From: Chrysomallon squamiferum
Taxonomy: Eukaryota; Animalia; Mollusca
Direction: 5' to 3'
Length of the DNA: 64,000 bases
Assembly: GCA_012295275.1 (NCBI GenBank)
Contig: CM022665.1
Span: 7,440,001 to 7,504,000 of the forward strand
The notes under the pieces are model-generated. The model searched no databases and had not been told where the DNA came from. It saw nothing but the letters and a program-made list of their open reading frames with translations. Made by a program: the position numbers and the translations under genes. Within the stretch, counting starts at the first letter, position 1; each line of letters starts with the position of its first letter. This document shows positions 39,446-53,800 of this stretch, piece after piece.

Positions 39446-42400
39446 TATCTAATAAATGTCATTTGATAATTTGCTTAAACATATATATATATATAATCAA
39501 TTAACTTTTTTCTTGCCATACTATACTAATTTATTACTGAAAACAAAAGACTATTTTATTATTTTAAATGACATAAGCATTACCATGTCTGTGTCTAGAA
39601 GAATAATTTCTTTGTCCACTAAAGGCTGACTTGAAAGCAGGTATCATGTAGCCATGAAAGATTACCAGACGAATTTGTTTTAGACTGGAATACCGTTTAG
39701 AATCACTAAACTTCTTTATTGCCTTTGCTATTACATCTGCTAGCCTTTCAGCTGATCCCTTCTGACCACCTATGAGTAATTAAAACATGTATAAAGGTTG
39801 TTTTTTTTTTTAAATAACTGTTATAAAAAGACATTCAACATACTTCTTAAAGAGTCATGGTTATTTACTTTATTTTATTTTTTAACAGTCCTTTTTAAAA
39901 TTATTTTATCTTCATTGGTAATTTTCCTACCATTTATCTCTTTTGTAAAGGAGAATTTAACACAGGCTTACTAAATATTTGTGGTAATGTAAATAAAAGA
40001 TTTTACTGGAAACTTGTTAAAATGTTCACCATAATTTGTTTTTTCCCATCAGATGGTGATACCCAAACTGGAAGTGAAGTATCTGATTTGCACAATTTTA
40101 AATACTAGATTTCATATTTTTTGCAATAAGAAAACATCTAATTGCCTTCAGCAGAGAATGCTCTCTACCTATTTTGATCTGTCACACTAATACATAGGAT
40201 ACATCAACTGTCAAGTAGTTACAGTATCGTCTGTATGATTCAACTAATAAAATATGTTATACTGTTAGGCTTGTTTCGTTTTTTTTATGTGATATCAATG
40301 TTCAAACACAAAAAATAAAAGAGTATGAAAGTATTTGCAATAATTACCTGTTCCAAGAGCAGGGATAGAAAGTGAAGCGATTCCTTGCTGATCTACCAGG
40401 TTGAGACCTTTTGTCAAGATTTTAAACCAACCATCATTATTTTTCTGTGCTTTAATGTGCAGTATGTATTGGCAGTTCAAATTGCCTGCTTCTGTCAACA
40501 CAACTCCATTTGCTTTCATGTCTTCAACTAAAAAGAAAGAAATAATATGTTTTAACACAACTGTAAACACATATACTGTAACCCTTAAACAAAGATATTT
40601 TTATGAAAAAACAACAACAATTATTTCAAGAATAATGATAAAGCAATTCATTATAGATTAGTATGTTCTAATACAATTGATTAAATGCAGTTGAAAAACA
40701 AAAGCTGTAGAAACAACTGAAGAAACAGTTTTAGTATGTGTCAGATTATAAACTGTTGTGTCTATTGGAAGCACAATGAAGACAGTGATTTGTTTTCATA
40801 TTGCACTGCATTGTTTTTCATACAAAGAGATCAGACAGTCCACATTGTTATTTTAAACAAAAACAAAAATGTATTATTTTTTTTTTTTATTAACATTGCT
40901 TAGTTGATACAAATAATATTTCATTTTAATTTTATTTCTTTATTTCTCCTTATTATTATTAAAAAATGTATTTATTATGATTATTATTTTTATTGACTGC
41001 AATAATTAAATGATGAAATAAAAAAAAAAATTAAGTATTTTACTCACTGCGCTCTTCACAATAACTCTGCAGTTCTGGACCAGCTTTAGCCAGAATGGTT
41101 TTTGAAACTGCACCTGAAAACAGATACATGTTTTGTGAAGTACGTTTTGGTTAACATTCAAGACATTTAGACACTTTGTGAAAACTGTTTTATAAAGAGT
41201 GAACATAACTGACGTACAAAATAATGAGATATCTAAGTTGGTGTCGTTGGATTTATAACCCACCTATTTTGCTATTCCAAATGAAGCTCATTAACCAATT
41301 TTCAAAATTATGGATTAGATTTTGTAAGATTAAAAATAACATATATGGTTTGGTGATAACAGTAGAACCTAAACTTACTTGCTCATTTTTCTCTCTGTGT
41401 CCCTCTGGCTTTATTTTTGTGTTATAAAACTTAAGAAGCTAAACAGGATGTCTAGATATGAATCTTAATTGGAACAAAGTTAAAAAAAAAAAAATTAAAA
41501 TAATTATTGGTGCTAATTTGTAATTATCTTTATCAATCCAGCTAGCTTGCTACTTTACTTATTAACATAATTAAAATAATTAATTATAATCACCAGTGTT
41601 GAGATCTAGTGTACTGTTGGTACTGTTCACAATGCATTCAGTTTTTTCCAGAGTTATATCCCCTCGTACAATGTGCACTTTGATATTACCACACATGAAC
41701 TGATCTACAAAAACATCATCAATCATTTAAAGTGGTTTTGTATTTTTGGCTGCAGTTAGAGTATATGACTAACATATAATCATCACATGATCAATATTCA
41801 GAATTTTCATATTTTACATCATTGTTAAAAACCAGATATAAATAATGTATTACCAATATATAAAAAAAGGATAGCTAGTCAACATTCTAGCAATATAAAT
41901 TTTACTTAATACCTACCATGATTTGAGGAATGTCGTCCATTAGCTTGGGAATGTTTCACCTGCTTTGGTAAATCTTCTATCTCTGAATAACTATTTTCTT
42001 CAAAGATGTTTTTGAATGCCTGAAGAAAAGTCAATAAAATTAATACATAAATTTGACAATAATGTATAAAATAAATTTATTAACTATAAATAAGAATAAA
42101 ATTTCCTTTTTATATAATAAAACTATTTTTTGAAAGCGTATTTATTACACACTAAGCTGCTTTTTAATGTATTTACATGTAAATGAAAAAATATTTGTAT
42201 AATGAATGTTTTGGTGTAATTTCTAATAGTGACATTTACCAGTTCTTAAATCCATTTTCAATACAGATTATAAAAATCTGCTTATTTAAACATTATTTAA
42301 TAATTTCAGGCCTTTTTTATAATTATTAAATTTTGTTTTTTTTTTTTTTGATCTGCAGGTGGAATTATTGTTTTATTCCAGAAGCAAGAATTTATAAACT

Positions 42401-42867
42401 GATACCAGACTGATAAACTGTTAACATGTATTAATTTTGTCAATCTTGGAAAAAACCAGTTCAGAGTAATGCACTCTGTAAAACTGTAATTAAAAAAAAA
42501 AATTAAAAATGAGTAATAAGTACTGTAATATTCCATTCAACAATAAACTATTTTAAGAAAACAAAAATGACTATACCTGTAATACATCAGTATTCTGGGG
42601 ATAAACAACACAAATAATATTCTTCACTGTTGATGATGGATTATTCTTAAAGTGTAGTTTCACAGCTTTTTGCAGAAGAGTTGCAGCAATGTCAGCAGGG
42701 AATCCAAGAAGTCTTCCAGTTCCAAGTGGTGGGAATGCAACAGAACTGAGCTGTTCCTTAGCAACCAGATCCAAACACGAAGTTACAAACTCTCCTAAGA
42801 TCTACAGCAATATTAATGTAATTATAATCTCTACAAAATATAGTGTGTTTGTGCTGTGATTTCTCTG

Positions 42868-42899
<32 letters not shown>

Positions 42900-43927
42900 C
42901 ATGACTGTTTTTAAACTGACAAGAGATCAGAATATCCATCATAACACAATACAAATTTGAAATCAGTACTAAAATTTATTTCAAGTTAAAATGTATTTGT
43001 GAAAAAACTGATAAAAATGTATCCATTTTTTTATAATTCACTGATTATTCTTATGTTTATTTATTCTGACAACCCTTTAATTGTCATTAAATTAACTGTA
43101 TTAATAATTACCTATTTATCTGAATTAAATAAAAGTGTTTTAGTCAGAGGTAACAAATAATTTTTAAAAAGCCACCTTTTGTGCTTGTCCTTTTTGGTCC
43201 CATTTATTCAAGCATCCAAAAAATATTTTCTGACGTGGCGGATAACTGGAGTCAACTACAGCAATATCTTCAAAATCTAAACCATTTTTATATTTCTTAT
43301 AGCATTCTCTTTGAAGTGCTTTTCCATATTTCTGAAGCAGAGATTTGGATACAGCATTGCCAGACAGATCAAAATCCTGATTAATAGGGCTTACCAGAAC
43401 ATCAACCTAAAAAACAAAACAGTGAATTTTAATTTTCAAGTTAAATTAGCAGAATTATTTATTCTATATAATACAAGTTAATATTTTTTTTAAAATAAAA
43501 TTGTTGTTTATCTAAATTGTTTTTTAAAATAAACAACAATTAACTCTGCTAAATTACATGTTCAGAATACTTGTTTTTAAATATAATAAGTTTTTGAGGA
43601 ATCTCAGTTGTTAAAGAACAGAATGACTAAAATCATCATTATAAGAAATTATAAAGAACATTAACAGCTGATGACAATTAGCTTATTTTTAAAAATAAAT
43701 GAAGTTCTTGAATATAATTCATATCAGATGAATTTTTCTGAGACTATTTTATAAAATTAATTCAAATTAAAACATCACATCAAATAATGCTGATCAACTA
43801 AACTGTAAAAATTTAACCTAATTGGAAAATGCAATATGGTTACGGCTTCATCTTTCTGATTTGTTTTATTTATTTGCTTATTTATTAGACTTTGATGTTT
43901 TCTTTTCAACAAGCTACTCTTTTCTTT

Positions 43928-43966
<39 letters not shown>

Positions 43967-45139
43967 ATTTTCACATTACAATTTAAGTCAGTATAGAATA
44001 TTGCATCAATATTATATTTATGTTGTGTATTAAAGCTTTATTTTTGTTTATTAACTTGTTAATACCTCCTGATCAGCAAGGTCTCCCTGAACTATTTCAA
44101 CTACATCCTGCAGTTGTTCAGAAGAGTGATGCAGACCTTCAGTATCTGAATCATTTCCTGAAGTGAAAATATGAAGAATAATGTTTCTTTTTCACTAATG
44201 CATAAAAATACACTGACACATACTTGCTATTTCAGATAACATAATATAAAATATTGTGGCTAAATCAGTAAATGAAACAATGGAATATGAGAAAAGTGAC
44301 ATCAAAAAATGGAATTTTAACAAACATCACATGAAATGTAATCAGCTGTACTGATATGTTCAGGGACCAGTTTGTACACTTTTTATCTCAACAATAACAT
44401 AAAATACTATTTAGACTACAAACCTGTCAGCAGAAAGATTATGAGGTTTCTATGCACTGATTAAAAATTTTAAAATCATTATTTGAAAATAAAAAAAATA
44501 ATAAATGTATTTAAATGTAGCACTGAAACCAACCTGTGTCATCATCATCAGTAGAATCAGAATTCCCATCTAAGATATTTTCATCTAACACATCAACAAA
44601 TGCTTTGACAGTTTTCTTGTTGCTGTCACAAAAACAAACTTCTCTCAGTGTTTCTTCATTCTGATCTTCATCCCTGAATTCCTGCAAAGCTGTCACAATG
44701 ACTTTCACTGCTTTGTTTGGTGGGTAGCCAAATATTCCTGAACTCAAAGCAGGAATTGCAAGTGATGTAAAATGCTGCTTGTTTGCTTCTTTGAGTATAT
44801 TCACCACAGTGTTTTCCAGGTCTTTATCTTCAGAGTTGTTACCATCTTGCCATCTTGGTCCTACGGCATGAATAACAGCTTTGCAAGGCAACTGACCAGC
44901 AGTGGAAGTATAAACATCACTGTCAGACAATGGTCCATTTTCACTTATGTATTGTTCACATTGGTTTTGAATTTCTGCACCACCTAGAACAGAAAAATAA
45001 AATATCAGATAACTATGAGAAAAAAGTATGCAGTAAAAATGTATTTTGCTTATCAGTAAATGTAACTGCATTTATTTATCAAATAGCAAATCTGACATAC
45101 TTCTGATTTCAATTTTATATGTATACTGATATTAATATA

Positions 45140-45202
<63 letters not shown>

Positions 45203-48200
45203 CCAGCATTATATTTCGTGCAATAAACATTTAAGAAACACATTTTTAATTTAATATATTATCATTTGGGAAATTATTTTTAAAATAATTGATATCAAAT
45301 CAAAATCAGGCTGGTTCTCAATCACAAAAAATTATGAAATGCATACTTTGCACATTACATACATACTTACAAACCTATACACCTGTCTACCCATCTACAT
45401 ACATATACATATATTATTTGCACACAACTACACACACACACAAATACATACATTCACACATATACAAACAGTACATATATAATTACATACATACATACAG
45501 AAATATACAAAAAAAACCTCAGAAAACAAGCATACACACACAGATATATGCATACACACTTACAAACATATTCATACCTATACCTACTCTATACATCATA
45601 TATACATCCTCAGATTTAAAAAGAAGTCAAAATTTTATGTAAAACCTTTCTGAACAATGTCACTGGCAATTCCTCCAGCATGATCCAGATTAACATTGGC
45701 TGCATTAACAATAGCATCCACTTCCTGAGTTGTGATATTTCCATGACAGACTCGCACAGTCTTATTTCCAATTGACCAGGTTTTCTTCATATTTTCAGTT
45801 GAATCTGTATTTTCAGCAAATTCAGTTTCTGGCACTATAATACATTTCTTCTTCTTTTCAACAAGCATTATAGCATCTTTTCCACATTCCTGAGTTAAAA
45901 GTTCTTTTAGTCCTGGCTGTTTTATCTTATATGTTTTACTGCTTACTTGGGATTCTAGTTTCCTAAGCTCATCGTCAGCTTTCTTAATTCCAGATGCTGT
46001 TCCAGAAATATACAAATCCTTATGCCCAAAAGAAATTTTTACTTTTTCCTCATACAAGTTATCTGCAATTGAATGTATTTTGTCTTGTTTGTGTTCCTTG
46101 AAATATTTATAAATTGGTTTAGGCAAGGAAAAGGTTTCCTTTTTAAAATGCTTCATGCTGAAGTAATCATTAATTTCAGTTTTAATATCATCTGCAATAT
46201 CTTTTGTTGCAACGAGAGTAATTATGCCATTTTCTGATTCATCCATTAGTACTTTTCCTGCATATGTATCTCTCAGTGACTTATTCAGTTTGATCCACTC
46301 AGGTAAGCCAGAAAAATCACCTGGCACACGAATAGTTTTTTCAACAATGCTTTCTTCGATTACGTCTTGTGCTTTTTTTAAAACTTCATTATCTAAAGCA
46401 TACACTGTCACCACATGTTCTTTAAAGTCAGCACAGCAATCCATCTTAGCTAGAATGTCCTCCAAATATGTTTGTGTTTCCTTTTCTTCTAACAGACTCA
46501 AATATTTCTTTTCCAAATTTACATCAGCCCTTAGGAAGCCGTCCAGATGTGTATGTACTTTCAGTTTTGCATCAGTGATGTCTGACCGATGACCTTCAAA
46601 TTCTATTGTGTTCTGCTTGCAGTCATATCTGATTTTTAAATTGGGAAAGTCTCTCCTAAGTCTATGTTCATATTTTGATGAAAACAGCAACTTCATCTGA
46701 TGTGCCTTGAGTTCCACAACATCTTTCTGAGTGAGATTTTTCACAAAGGTCTGAATTTTGTCCAAAATTGTTTGTACTGCTTCCATTTCCCCAACAATGA
46801 TCAAATCATTTTTCATTTTAAACACATTAACTTTTTGATTCAGTTCCTGAAGAGTCATCTTCAGTTCTTTGTTGATTTGTGGATGAAGACTTGATTCTGT
46901 TGAAACACTTCTGCTAATTAGTCCATTTTTCTTAATGAAATCAAGAATCAGAGTGTTTGCATGTTTTATGAATGCTTCACTGTTTTCAGATGTCTCACAT
47001 TCAACAAAAGGACGTACCTTTGTTCCTTCCATTGTTTCTACAACCAGTTTAGCATTTATTTGTTGCAATTCTTCCAGTAATTTTTTGTAATATTCCTCAC
47101 TCCTTTGAAGAAATTTTAGGATATAGTAGTCAATGTCGACTGGAAATTTCTGTTTCATTTTAGTATCATTGTGAGTTCTCTGGAACTGCTGATGCAGATG
47201 AGAAGAACTAAGACAAGGGTAATATAGTTTCATCCCAATCTTTGATCCCTCTACTTTAACATTCAAAGATGGGTCACAAGCCTTTTCTGCATCTGTAACA
47301 TAGTAAAATATCACTTAGGGTAAAACATCTTTAAAATGATACAGAAAAACAAAACAGAAATATAATTCTGTTTCATCAAATTAGCAGGTTAATTTATACA
47401 TTTCATATAAACATTTTTCTTCATGTTTACAAAGTTTAAATTCACATTAGAAAATACAGAGATCTATATGCCTGAACAAAAGAAATAAAAAACATGTTTT
47501 CAGTGAAATTGTAGTCTGCCGATTTAAGAGACAAAAACATCTATGCTGTATTTGCAATCACTTTATATAATTATTCTGGACTGAAATATTGAAATTTGAA
47601 AAGACAAGACAGTATTTCACCATGTAACTGTAACAAAATTTTTTTTTTGGACAAGTTCATTGCAGCTCAGATTTGTTTTGTTAGTTCTGTTTATAAAATG
47701 TATTTACTGCATAGTTATATTCTGAGATAAACTGATACTAACAAATTTGGCATTCAATTATTTCTTTGTTTTTACTGCTTTTTCAGACTTAACCTAAACA
47801 AGTTTCATCTAAGGGTCTAACAATCTGCAATAGTCTTATACTTAAAAAAACACCTGAGTACATCATGAAATTCAGTATAATAATTTTAGTAAATAATTTG
47901 TTTTAACAAATGACCTCCAAGCTTTACATAACTCAACAGCTTAATCTAAGTCTAAATCTGGCATTGACTGTACATTAATTTAAATACAAACACCAAACAG
48001 AAACAATTAAAATATACAAAGTTAAACAACCTTTGAAATTAGAAAAAAATACAACTGCTTCTCCAGTGCTGGGGATTATATCAACTTTTTCCACATTGGC
48101 ACCAATACCACGCTTTGGATTTTCAAGAGTATATTGAACCGCATCACTGGTGACATTAACAGGCAACCCGGAAATTATCACAGATTTTGGTTTTTCAACT

Positions 48201-48751
48201 GGTGATATTCGCAGATAATTTCCTTCCACTTTTCTTTTTTGACATCCTTTTTCCAAACATTCCATATCTAAGTAAAAAAATGTATTAAAAAATGTATTCA
48301 TGTATGTATGTTGCATAGGTGTGTGTGTGTGTGTGTGTGTGTGTGAAAAGACAATGAAATAACTTTCACAAGTCATTTTACTTTTCTTTTCTTTTTTTTA
48401 TCCCCTAAATATAGGAAGAAATGATGAATAAATGATGGAAAGGATTTTAGTTGAAGTCTACGGAGCCTAATAAAACAGAAGAAGAGGGATTTTTTCATGA
48501 TGGGACAAATTGTAGCAGTCTAAAGAAAGTTCACAACTAATTTTGTTCAAATCTATAAAGCTGTTTTCATTTAATTAAAATTTAAAAGTGTAGCAGGACT
48601 TTTGAATGACCCTGTATTTTGGAACTGTCATATTATTTTTTAGCATTGAGTTTTCCTTTACAATACTGGTAATTAAGTACAACAAAAAATAACAAGCTCT
48701 TGATAATATTTATTTTATTTTATTATTAATTTTAATTTTAATATTTTATGA

Positions 48752-48786
<35 letters not shown>

Positions 48787-49069
48787 TTGTAATATTATTT
48801 CATATAGAGAAAGGAAAAACAAAAACACTAGTTGCAAGTTTGGCATATCCTCAGTCTGTCAGGAATTGTTATGTATTACTATAAATGGATAAGGATGGAA
48901 AGAAATATTTTATATAATGATGTACTCAACACACTGTATTTAAGGTTGCATGACATCTGACGTAAAGGTCAAAAACCATAAGAAAAGTCACATATCATGA
49001 GCTCCTATTTTCAGTTAGCAGAATGTGTGCCATTATATGCAGTATTTCCCAGGATAATATATACAGTCA

Positions 49070-49112
<43 letters not shown>

Positions 49113-49754
49113 ACAGACTTTAATACATCAGAGAACTGTCTGTACTGACAGTCTACCACTAAACTAGATCTCTTCCCTTTCTGAAAATAAATACGTAACT
49201 AAATAGATAAGGAAAATCATCTGCCTCTGATGAATCATGATGTTGTCATGTTCTATTATTAGCAAAGTATAGTGTTATTATATATATATATATATATATA
49301 CATATAGACATTGCATGTTACTCCTGTATATTCATACTCTAAAAAGAAATATAAAATATATCACATTAAATATAATATATATATATATTTTGTTTTACCT
49401 GGTTCTTCACTAAATTTCACCAGAGCAGTTCCACGTATTTCTTCACGAAGGATTTCTTCTGGTGTAGCATTACTTCTTCCCTCAAGAAAGTCAAACAAAC
49501 ATTCATTTGTGGTTCGTGGATGAATGTTCTCAATGAAAATTCTGAATTTATCTATCCCTGGAAGGTTTTCCAGAAACAATATATTAGAGAATGTTAATTA
49601 AAAATTAGAACTATATTGGTCTTATGTAAAATATGTTTTAAAAATCAACAACAACAATATCAGTAATATTAACAATAATAATCTGAGGTTTACCTGTACA
49701 TTTGTTCTTACGAGGCCGAGGAACTGGTCTCGGCCTTTCACTATCAACATCCAT
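31526..49754 (-). CDS. PARP14-like macro-PARP (RRM-like x2, KH-like region, macro x3, WWE, ADP-ribosyltransferase), about 1,650 aa; last exon frameshifted in this sequence
   Basis: Minus-strand exons 49754-49694, 49557-49399, 48267-48031, 47292-45646, 44983-44534, 44157-44066, 43406-43176, 42801-42577, 42019-41917, 41704-41594, 41113-41048, 40527-40348, 39769-39584, 38722-38517, 38021-37626, 37492-37323, 36502-36446, 35799-35678, [34211-34078 or 34046-33910], 31671-31526; all phases agree. Macro1 DAIVNAAN..GGIA..HAVGP..PALSSGIFG; macro2 QGDLADQEVD..AFPPLGTG; macro3 RGDIT..CIVNST..IPALGTG; WWE VQWYY..KLEKAY..YKVDLKKM; ART LAFHGT..YGxGVYFS..GYDSH..ELIIF..ILPSYIV. Confidence 0.9.
32216..33091. 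mobile_element. Non-autonomous Tc2/pogo-like DNA transposon (MITE), 876 bp
   Basis: TIRs CCGTATATACTTGTGTACAAGGCGA (32216) and the reverse complement of CCGTATATACTTGTGTATAAGTCGA (ending 33091), 23/25 identical; TA on both flanks; internal copies of GTATAAGTCGA; CpG-rich interior; no transposase ORF. Confidence 0.9.
33910..34046 (-). CDS. PARP ART-domain alternative exon B (D-loop + catalytic Tyr)
   Basis: cttcag|GT GAT CGT...GGA AAG|gtttgt; 137 nt, phase 1 to 0; DRGFQAKTDSGYYGAGVYFSEYPEYSMAYINGSTTIMLCQILQGK. Confidence 0.85.
34078..34211 (-). CDS. PARP ART-domain alternative exon A (D-loop + catalytic Tyr)
   Basis: tttag|GA GAT CCA...GGA AAG|gttagt; 134 nt, phase 1 to 0; DPGFVMKSGNNYGSGVYFSEYPSYSMHYISGATQLMLCQVLIGK. 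Confidence 0.85.
34696..34884. repeat. Minisatellite, about 5 copies of a ~38-bp unit
   Basis: Unit about CAAAGAATTACATGACAGATGTCTGTTTTAAAGTCATA, head-to-tail with no unique spacers. Confidence 0.9.
36775..36935 (-). mobile_element. Decayed SINE-like fragment
   Basis: gagagaggaaacct...gctactttttttcaattaac matches the reverse-orientation SINE body also seen at 63830-63960. Confidence 0.35.
37013..37289. mobile_element. Tigger/pogo-family MITE resembling Tigger4 (Zombi/MER46)
   Basis: TA-flanked; left ccttcatctgaaatgcttgggac; internal aagtctaaacacaaattcc...tatacaacttacac; right ttcagatttcag...ctcaacatg-TA. Similarity is to the Tigger4 consensus as I recall it, not computed. Confidence 0.65.
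45142..45200. repeat. (TG)n microsatellite
   Basis: Direct read of the sequence. Confidence 0.95.
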
Positions 49755-50231
49755 TTCTTCAAGATTCCTTTCTTTTTCTGCTGGGTTGGATATTTTTTCG
49801 TCTTTAATAACCGTTTTAAATACGTATTTTGTATTTTTTCCACGTAAGTTTAAGGCAGAGTACGATATGATCGTATACAATTAAACAATAATGAAAATTT
49901 AACAGTTTAGGTACATATTAAATTAAATATCATAACCTCACAATTAAATTTGGAATGATCTGACAAAATGCAAAATTTTACACAAATTAATATCTTCCTG
50001 AAACTTCACGTATTATCCAAGAATTTTACTTTCGGTTTCAACAATCCAATACACTGATATCAGTCTATATGAATTGGATGGTAGCGCAACACAAATGCTA
50101 GCGATAGAGATGAGAGGAAAAGTACTTCCGGAGTCGTATAATTAAGTTTGATTGTAAATGTGTTAAGAAAGGAGGGATGTGTTTTTATCAGTGATACAAA
50201 TATTAAACATTTCTTGTATTGTATTTTAAAA
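49755..50231. promoter_or_regulatory. Bidirectional promoter between PARP14-like (-) and FIG4 (+), containing an ISRE/IRF site and an ETS site
   Basis: The two ATGs are only 477 bp apart; ACTTTCGGTTTCA (50028-50040) is TGAAACCGAAAGT on the minus strand; ACTTCCGG at 50124-50131; CpG-enriched. Confidence 0.75.
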
Positions 50232-50850
50232 ATGGCGGAAGTACCCTTGATATCATATACGCAAAAACTTGTACTTTACGAAACAAAAGCTGTAAGTAAA
50301 AATAAAAAATAATACAAAAGCATCGATCATAGTTACCATCATTATTATGTAATAATCTAATGTGTTTAACTAACTTAAACTCTAAGACGAAAATCCAAAT
50401 GAAGATTAGTTAAAATTTTAACTTATATTGTTACTATCCTTGTCAGTTGTAAGGATGCGGAAGTCAGGGCAGTTCCACACTCCGGCCTACTGTCTTCCAG
50501 CATATATGAAATTTATTATCAGCTGTGACATTAAATATGTATTTGATATATATGAGTATAATCATTATGATTATGCAAAGCTCCAAGATCATTGAGCATA
50601 CTGAACCTTCATTATCACAATAGCATAATCTGACATAGATTACAATGAAGAAAAAAAAAATTATTATATAAATAAATAAATAAATAAAACAAAAATAGAT
50701 TCAAAAATAAAATAAATAATAACACTTTAGGGTCATTTTTAAAACATTACTTTTGCTGAAATTAAGAAAATAATCAAAACATTCAAAATTATTCATACTG
50801 TCCATGTTAATTTTACATTCCAGCTGTCAACAGTAAAAATAATAAAAGAA

Positions 50851-50895
<45 letters not shown>

Positions 50896-53800
50896 TTAAG
50901 TATTGAAAAGCTGAATAAGATCTATATCAAAAACTGTCTGTACATAATTTGTTGTTTTTATTTTAGTTTATTTTACTGATAAATTATTATCATTAATTTG
51001 TTTTTTTCTTGATGTTGTTGTATTTATTATATTATAATGTTTAACTTTCTTTTTTCTTTTTACATAGTATACATATACATTTATTTTAATTTAGCGTTAC
51101 TATATAGTCGGATCCAATAAGACAGAGACAAAGTTCCGGGTGTTGAAGATAGATCGAACAGAACCTCGAGAATTGATAGTCCATGATGACAAGGTTTGAA
51201 CTGATTCTTTATAAACAATATATTGTGTAAAATACATATGTAGCTCAGTGGATAGAGTGCAGGACTGAGTAATAAAAGATGTTGATCAGAATTTCAGTCA
51301 TTGTCCTAGACTGGTTCATCAGTGGTTGTTATTTGTACTTTCCTAACTTCAGAAAGATGCTCACAAGAATATCTTGCGTAGTAGTAGTGCCAGTGGTTTT
51401 GTTTCTCTCTATTGTTTAACAAGTACCATGCTTTAACACTTAATGTCTGTTACTTATAATATGTTACCCTGTCTGTGGCAAATGCATACAAATCAGATAG
51501 AATGCCCAAAATGGATGTTTTTACCTTCACTGGGTACATTTCATTTGTATAAAAAATTATTATAGTATTCCAGTTATTACTGTTATAAAAGGCTTTAAAT
51601 TTCTCACTCAAAAGCAACATTTATTTGTCATGTATCTCTACAAGTAAATAAATTGTAAAATAGCATTTTGTGTAAAACCAGTTTTAAAATGTTGAAAATA
51701 AATATTTCAGGTAGAGTACAGTAAAACTGAAATCAGGAATATACTGACTATGATTAATGTTGGGAACCAGGCACATCAGTCACAAAGAGGAAGTTCAGGT
51801 CTTTCCAAGACAGTATCAGCATTTGGCATTGTGGGTAGGACTTAAAATTGTTTTCACTGCTACACTTGGTCAAATGATGATTATTATAAAATATTTTAAT
51901 GCCCTTTCAGTTGGTAATTTAGTAATTTGGTCTGATGTATAGCATTTAGGATAGTTAGTCACCTGACTTTCAAACTATTACAGTAAGTTAATGCAAATTA
52001 ACAGAAATATGTCATCACAGGTTAATTGAAATTACAAATGCTGAAATCATCAGTGATGAATAGATACACAATACATTAATAGTGAAACCACTGATTGTAA
52101 ATGTATTATTTTAACTCACATGTTTGAATAATTCAGTCTTCATTTGAAACAGTTGATTATTATTCACCAGTATTCCTAATATTAAATTAATTTGAATATA
52201 TATATTTTCAGCAAAAGAAGTAAGCTAAAAGAATTAATGTTTCCTTTTAATTGCTGATACCAGAAGCAAGAAATTTGAATTTAAAATGTTTATCTTCTGA
52301 GAAAAAAAAGAAAAAAAGAAAAAGTAATTGACAATTAACATTAATTGGAAACAGACAATTCTGTACATCTTTAACTAGTTCCATTTTGGGTGCTTAACTA
52401 AATATTCTTAATACAGTTGCTTCATTTCATTCTGGCTTAATTTATGTAAACACAGATATGACTAAGTATGTTTATGCATATTTCTTTCTGTTTGCAGGGT
52501 TTATTAGATTTTTGGAAGGTTATTACATTATACTTATAACAAAGAGAAGAAAGGTGGCATTATTGGGTTCTCATACTATCTACAAAGTTGAGGATACCAC
52601 AATGTTGTATATCCCAAATGATACTGTAAGATACTTTCATCCAGATGAAAGCAGGTAAAGTGTCTGTTTTGTGTTCCTGAATAATAAAAAAAATTATGAT
52701 CTATAGATTCATACATGTATAATTTATTTATTGTCACAATTTTAATTTTATTTTTGGCATCTGTTTAATGATGTCATGTCTGACATTGTTATGGATCAGT
52801 GAAACTTTTATATATTCTCTTGTAACAGAAGGTGTTTAACAGTTAACAATCATTTTTAATTTCAGATATGTGAGAATGTTTCAGAATGTGGATTTGTCAA
52901 GTAATTTCTACTTCAGGTAACTGTAATTTCTTATCTTTATTAATTGAAATGAGCTTTCTGTATGAAAAGATGAAATTCTGGATTTCTTCTTATATATTTA
53001 TTTTAATTCTTTATGTGAAAGATATCAAGTGTCTGACAAAACTGAATAAATCACTGTTGTTAATGCAGATCAAAAAGCATAGAAGGCTGACGTTTAAAAG
53101 TATTATACTAAAGTTATATATAATTACTTTAAGAAAAAAAGGTACTGTTTATCCTCTTAAAACTGGATAAGAACTAGGAATTGACTCCTGCAACTACCAG
53201 CCTTAAGTCAATGTTATTCCCAGATTTAAATAAATGTAAAATGTGGATGGTTATTTCAGAAACAAAATATATATTTGTATCAGGATCAAATCAATAATGA
53301 TTGAAATTATTATTATTACTTTTATTATTATTATTATTATTATTTATTTTTGTTAACAGTTATAGCTATGACTTGACACACACTCTGCAATACAATATGA
53401 CACCCAGTGTTAATGAAACAGTGTCTGAGAAAGATGGAAATGATTTCTGGCAGAACAGTGATGAGAACAATACAGCAGACGCTGGACAAATGACAGAAGC
53501 TTCTATGGAATTACTAAACTCAGAAAATGGTCTACTGGAATTTTGTAAGAATGGCTCCCAGTCTGTTAGCCCTTCACCACTCACTCAAGCTAATAATACA
53601 AGTAAATTTTTATTTTCATATCCTTTAATTATGGTTCTCAGTACAATTTATGGAGACAAAATGATTTTTAGAACTGAAGTTTCGACTATATAAGAATGAA
53701 AATTTCAAACATTATATATAACACCAGAAATTTAGTCAGTTCATTCTTATTACTATCTTATTGTAATTAAGTTCCCCATCCTCTTGACAACACAATAAAT

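Noticed and set aside
46224-46894. Plus-strand ORFs of 122 and 64 aa
   Set aside because: Antisense shadows of the large PARP exon 47292-45646.
51240-51312. tRNA gene
   Set aside because: Only the A-box survives; no B-box or acceptor stem, and it continues into a SINE body.
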